DNA of 64,000 bases from Mustelus asterias (lineage: Eukaryota): positions 20,336,001 to 20,400,000 of the forward strand of contig NC_135827.1 in assembly GCF_964213995.1 (NCBI RefSeq), given 5' to 3'. Both the position numbers and the translations under genes were made by a program. The first letter of the stretch is position 1, and every line of letters starts with the position of its first letter. This document shows positions 63,451-64,000 of the stretch, in pieces. The notes under the pieces are model-generated. The model did no database searches. It was not told the origin of the DNA and saw nothing but the letters and a program-made list of their open reading frames with translations.

Positions 63451-64000
63451 GCGGAGCAGGCTCGATGGGCCAAGTGGCCTAATTTTGCTCCTATGTCTTA
63501 TGGTCTTATTACGTTGCTGGGGTGACTACGATGAGTCCTTTATTGATACTTAAGTGGTTTAAATGGGGTTGTTTGTGTTTACTCTGGGGTTAGTTTTACG
63601 ATCCTGCATTGTTAGTAGAATGGTCATGTATTTTTGGACAGGGTTTTTCCCAGTGTGTTTAAGGTTTCATTTTAGTTCTGAGTGGCAGTCTTGATACTCT
63701 CAGCACAGTTGGGTTTTAACAGGGATAGCAAGCTGAACAGAAGTCTCTCTTTCCCTGTTTTATTTGGAAGTTCTGCTGGTGATCTTAAAGCAAGATTGTT
63801 GCCTTCCTGAAAGAAGAAAATCTGCTATTAGTAGTTTGCCTAAAGTCCCTGATATTCTGGGAAGCTGTTCTGAGTATATTAAGTCTGAGAGTTTTCAATT
63901 CTCTAACCAAAGGACCCGATTTCCAGTATCATTTGAGTATTAGTCTGTGCTGGGTTAAACCTGTGAAAAAGGTCTTTTGTCAATGGGATTGGTTTGATTG

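Overview
Repeat-dense, gene-poor vertebrate DNA. The repeat complement (V-SINE/HE1-type SINEs, CR1/HER1 LINEs, a Deu-domain SINE, Penelope-like LTRs) points to a shark genome; this is inferred from recognising the families, not from a search. I found no intact host gene or convincing exon. The window holds many 5'-truncated CR1 copies, Rex/Babar and Vingi/Ingi-like LINE fragments, three tRNA-derived SINE families, a 32-bp minisatellite, a 177-N gap, and several AT/TAAT-rich unique blocks that may be enhancers. It also holds a family of GC-rich non-autonomous DNA transposons with short GGG...CCC terminal inverted repeats and 3-bp target duplications (PIF/Harbinger-like). The most notable item is one such element (53151-54276), built as a long nested palindrome. 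It carries about 120 bp containing putative 5'UTR plus codons 1-26 of ribosomal protein L39 (RPL39), inserted into one arm of its central hairpin, which suggests Pack-TIR-like or RNA-templated capture of host mRNA. Two Penelope-like fold-back insertions with minimal hammerhead ribozyme motifs on both strands are also present. Coordinates of degraded repeats are approximate.
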